DNA of 64,000 nt from contig DAIDBH010000006.1 of NCBI GenBank assembly GCA_027310185.1, positions 160,001-224,000 of the forward strand, read 5' to 3'. The notes beneath the pieces are model-generated. The model had not been told where the DNA came from. It saw only the letters and a program-made list of their open reading frames with translations, and did not search any database. Both the position numbers and the translations under genes were made by a program. Numbering within the stretch: the stretch's first letter is position 1; the number at the start of each line of letters is the position of its first letter. Shown here one piece after another: positions 61,095 to 64,000 of this stretch. Source of the stretch: Thermoplasmatales archaeon (GTDB lineage: Archaea > Thermoplasmatota > Thermoplasmata > Thermoplasmatales > Thermoplasmataceae).

Positions 61095-61994
61095 TTATTT
61101 TTCAAAGTTTAGTTCCAGCAGTTCTTCTTTGTTTGAATTGCCATTATACCTGAAAATTTCTTCTATTACAAGGTTCCCGAACTCTGCTTTTGTTGACAGC
61201 CCGACAATCTGCATCAACTGGAATTGTGGAACAGCTATCTGAAGATAAAGCTTTCCCATTCTTGCTTTCAGAACCCTGCTCTCTGTAAGAATATTTTCTG
61301 AAGCGAGTATCTTGAGAAAATCAGAATATGTCCCTTTCAGTGTTACATACTTTGAACTTCCTATCACCTCTTCAATGTTCACAACTGTTCTGTCGTAGTT
61401 TTCGTCTAATGTTCCGATCATTGTTACCTTGTTCAATCTGGGCGTATCCCCTTCGAGAAATGTTGAATTGTCATTTGACCCTGGCATTGCCAGATCCAGA
61501 AACGTGATACCCATTAGAGGCTCTGCATATGTGTTAAGGCCTTCATCAATTATTCCATTGGATATTGGCCTGATCCAGTCAACAAAAATATCATCCAGAT
61601 TCCTGACGCCATCAAGTACTATATCATTCAGGTCCCCAAGTTTTTCGTCCATTACTCTTCCAGTGATTGAAAACCCCTCGCCGGAAAGCTCCATGTAATC
61701 TACTATGAATCCACTTATATTGAGCAATTTTTTTATATGTTCTAACTCCTCCCTTGATTCACCAAGGTTCATCACATAGTTACCGTAATTATCCCTCTCC
61801 GCCTTCATTTTCAGGAATATTGCAATGTTCCTGTTCTTTGCAACTTCAGATGGAATAAAGAAGAGAAAATCCTGTTTTTCACCATCACTGACAACTCTTG
61901 TTCTTATAACGATTCTGTTTTCAAAAAGAACATCGAATAACTGTGCTTCCCATTTATATCGAACCTTGATTGAGTGCATGTTCCTCTTCACCAC
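61095..61994 (-). CDS. Thermoplasmatales-type hypothetical soluble protein (possibly Ta1207-like)
   Basis: 299-aa ORF filling the gap between gcvPA and pcn. Resemblance to Ta1207 (KLLNI..., DLNDIVL, ILTESR..LQIAVP) is from memory and weak. Confidence 0.6.
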   Translation of the reverse strand: MVKRNMHSIKVRYKWEAQLFDVLFENRIVIRTRVVSDGEKQDFLFFIPSEVAKNRNIAIFLKMKAERDNYGNYVMNLGESREELEHIKKLLNISGFIVDYMELSGEGFSITGRVMDEKLGDLNDIVLDGVRNLDDIFVDWIRPISNGIIDEGLNTYAEPLMGITFLDLAMPGSNDNSTFLEGDTPRLNKVTMIGTLDENYDRTVVNIEEVIGSSKYVTLKGTYSDFLKILASENILTESRVLKARMGKLYLQIAVPQFQLMQIVGLSTKAEFGNLVIEEIFRYNGNSNKEELLELNFEK

Positions 61995-62113
61995 AATTTA
62001 GTTTAGTTTAATTTGGAATATTAATCTTATCGAAATTTGTGAGACCTGGTTTGATAACAAATATTGATCACATTTGAAAAAGGTTTATCTAAATGTAATG
62101 CGTTGTACCCTTA

Positions 62114-62842
62114 ATGAAATTAAAATCTAGTGTAAGCAACCTGAAGGAAGTTACAGATATACTAAGTTCAATAACCAATGAAGCAAAGCTTGAGTTTGAT
62201 AATGAGGGTTTGAAAGTGAGGGCAATTGATAGCGCTAGAATAGCTATGGTTGACCTTTTTGTTCCTAAGGAATCATTTTTAACATATGAAGTGGAGGAGA
62301 AGGTTGAAGTTTCGGTTGAACTGGACAAGATCAGAAATGTTCTGAGGCTTGCTTCCCAGTCCGATGACCTATTGTTGAGTATTTCCGGGACTAAAATGAA
62401 ATTCTCCCTTGGAAATCTCACAAAAACAATCTCGACTCTTGATACCTTTGTGAACTCACCAAAACTACCAAGTGTTGATCCGAAGAACTATGTTGTTATA
62501 AGAAAGGCAGATCTTGACAGGGGCTTGAGAGCAGCTACAGATGTGAGAGATTCAATTAAGTTTACGATAGAAGATAAGAGATTTGAAGCAACATCTAAGA
62601 GTGATTCTGAAGAAGTTGATCTTATAATAGACAACGATAACCTGATAGAAATCAAGGCACAAGAAAAGGCTTCCAGCAGTTATCCACTTGACTATCTGAG
62701 CAAGATAATAAAGGCAGTAAGCTTTGCTGATACCTTGAAAATAGCGTTTAACAATGATTATCCCCTTGTGATGGAATTCAACTTTGCAGGTAAAGATGGG
62801 ATCAAGACGGCTAAGTTCCTCCTCGCACCAAGAATAGAGTAA
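62114..62842 (+). CDS. pcn: DNA polymerase sliding clamp PCNA
   Basis: EGLKVRAIDSARIAMVDL, SSYPLDYL, DYPL, FLLAPRIE. Confidence 0.96.
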   Translation: MKLKSSVSNLKEVTDILSSITNEAKLEFDNEGLKVRAIDSARIAMVDLFVPKESFLTYEVEEKVEVSVELDKIRNVLRLASQSDDLLLSISGTKMKFSLGNLTKTISTLDTFVNSPKLPSVDPKNYVVIRKADLDRGLRAATDVRDSIKFTIEDKRFEATSKSDSEEVDLIIDNDNLIEIKAQEKASSSYPLDYLSKIIKAVSFADTLKIAFNNDYPLVMEFNFAGKDGIKTAKFLLAPRIE

Positions 62843-62851
62843 ACTAAAAAG

Positions 62852-62926
62852 CGGGCGCGAGGGGATTCGGACCCCTGATCTACAGCTTAGGAGGCTGTTG
62901 CCATATCCAGGCTTGGCCACGCGCCC
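62852..62926 (-). tRNA. tRNA-Arg(CCT)
   Basis: Acceptor GGGCGCG/CGCGCCC; anticodon arm ACAGC-CTCCTAA-GCTGT; T arm AGGGG-TCCGAAT-CCCCT. Confidence 0.93.
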
Positions 62927-63173
62927 TTTTATGTTTGAGACTTTATTCATATCTCATACAATCTCCATTTCAAAAGTTTCCATTTTGAAACTTACTAAAA
63001 TGGTACTTCGGTGGGATTAAATTCGTAATCTGAGCTTTAGATATTATATTTTCGAAATATACCTGAAATATATCCCCGTTTCTCTTTAAAATTTTTTATT
63101 GAAATTAGAGCACTCAGTGAAAAAATTTATTAATTTATCATAAAGCTTAAGGTTGTATGAATAATCAAAGGTT

Positions 63174-64000
63174 ATGTTGGAAGGTACTCCATTTAAAAAC
63201 AAGGGAGTGATCGTTACAGGAGGTGGAACAGGACTTGGTCAGTCTCTTTGCCTGAAGTTCTCACACTACGGTGCAAGAGTTTATACATTTGGCAGGACAG
63301 GGTCCACTCTTGAGGAAACGAAAAGAAAAGTCGTTGAATCTGGAGGTGAACTTAAACCTGAGGCCATTGATATAAGAAACTTTGATGCGGTAAGCGAGTT
63401 CGTTGATAATGCTTTCAGAGAGACTGAAATAGTAGGTCTTGTTAACAATGCTGCGGGTAATTTTATATCACGGACAGAGGACCTGTCAATGAATGCCTTC
63501 AAGTCTGTCATTGATATAGTTTTGATGGGCTCTATTAACACTTCAGTTCAGGTATCGAAGAGATGGATTGAACGAAAGACAAGGGGAAGCATTGTAAATA
63601 TCCTCACTTCCTATGCTGATACAGGTTCCGCATTTGTGGCCCCTTCAGCTGCAGCTAAGGGTGGGCTAAGATCATTTACCAGAAGTGTTGCTGTGGAGTG
63701 GGGTCCAAGAGGTATCAGAACGAATGGTGTTGCACCAGGGCCGTTCAAGACCAAGGGTGCTTGGAAAAACCTCATACCAGACGAAAGCTATGAAAAAATC
63801 CTTATGGAAAAAAATCCTATGAGGAGACTTGGAACTCCTGAAGAGATTTCAGAGCTTGTTTCATATCTTATAAGCGATTATTCTTCGTTTATAAATGGTG
63901 AGATCATAACAATAGATGGGGGAGAATGGATACAGGGTGCAGGACAGTTCAACATGCTCTCACAGCTTGACGATAATATGTGGGATATGATCAGAAAGAG
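63174..64000 (+). CDS. SDR oxidoreductase, 2,4-dienoyl-CoA reductase-like; runs off window
   Basis: Manual translation MLEGTPFKNKGVIVTGGGTGLG..., NNAAGNFIS, PSAAAKGG, VEWGPRGIRTNGVAPGP, INGEIITIDGGEW. Confidence 0.9.
   Translation, partial: MLEGTPFKNKGVIVTGGGTGLGQSLCLKFSHYGARVYTFGRTGSTLEETKRKVVESGGELKPEAIDIRNFDAVSEFVDNAFRETEIVGLVNNAAGNFISRTEDLSMNAFKSVIDIVLMGSINTSVQVSKRWIERKTRGSIVNILTSYADTGSAFVAPSAAAKGGLRSFTRSVAVEWGPRGIRTNGVAPGPFKTKGAWKNLIPDESYEKILMEKNPMRRLGTPEEISELVSYLISDYSSFINGEIITIDGGEWIQGAGQFNMLSQLDDNMWDMIRK

Noticed and set aside
62930-63170. Replication origin next to pcn
   Set aside because: AT rich, but there are no convincing repeated ORB motifs and no cdc6/orc1 in the window.
1-64000. 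CRISPR array, rRNA, provirus
   Set aside because: No regularly spaced direct repeats, rRNA-like sequence or viral hallmark genes were noticed on reading.

Overview
This window is chromosomal DNA from an acidophilic archaeon of the order Thermoplasmatales (Cuniculiplasma/Thermoplasma-like). That placement is inferred from a mevalonate-3-kinase, a thermosome beta subunit, crenarchaeal-type SSB alongside RPA, and GGTGA ribosome-binding sites. It is gene dense and mostly housekeeping: sua5, purE/purK, lig, ssb, rfcL, pcn, RPA, rpl15e, pgk, pfdA, ftsY, taw1, gcvPA/PB, tRNA-Ser(TGA) and tRNA-Arg(CCT). Highlights: (1) a 1,293-bp tnpB-only IS200/IS605 element whose ends can be placed to the base; it inserted into the last codons of a maa gene without changing the protein, so the TAM and guide are predictable; (2) two tandem ~960-aa paralogous giant pilin-like proteins with class III signal peptides, next to a divergent wHTH gene that appears to start at ACG; (3) a full-length Dam-family methyltransferase homologue that lacks the catalytic motif; (4) a mycobacterial Sdh1-type succinate dehydrogenase operon with an unannotated 56-aa membrane ORF; (5) a divergent Sm/Hfq-like small protein upstream of mscS; (6) a candidate structured small RNA upstream of sdhA. 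All family calls come from motif recognition by eye; no database search was run.
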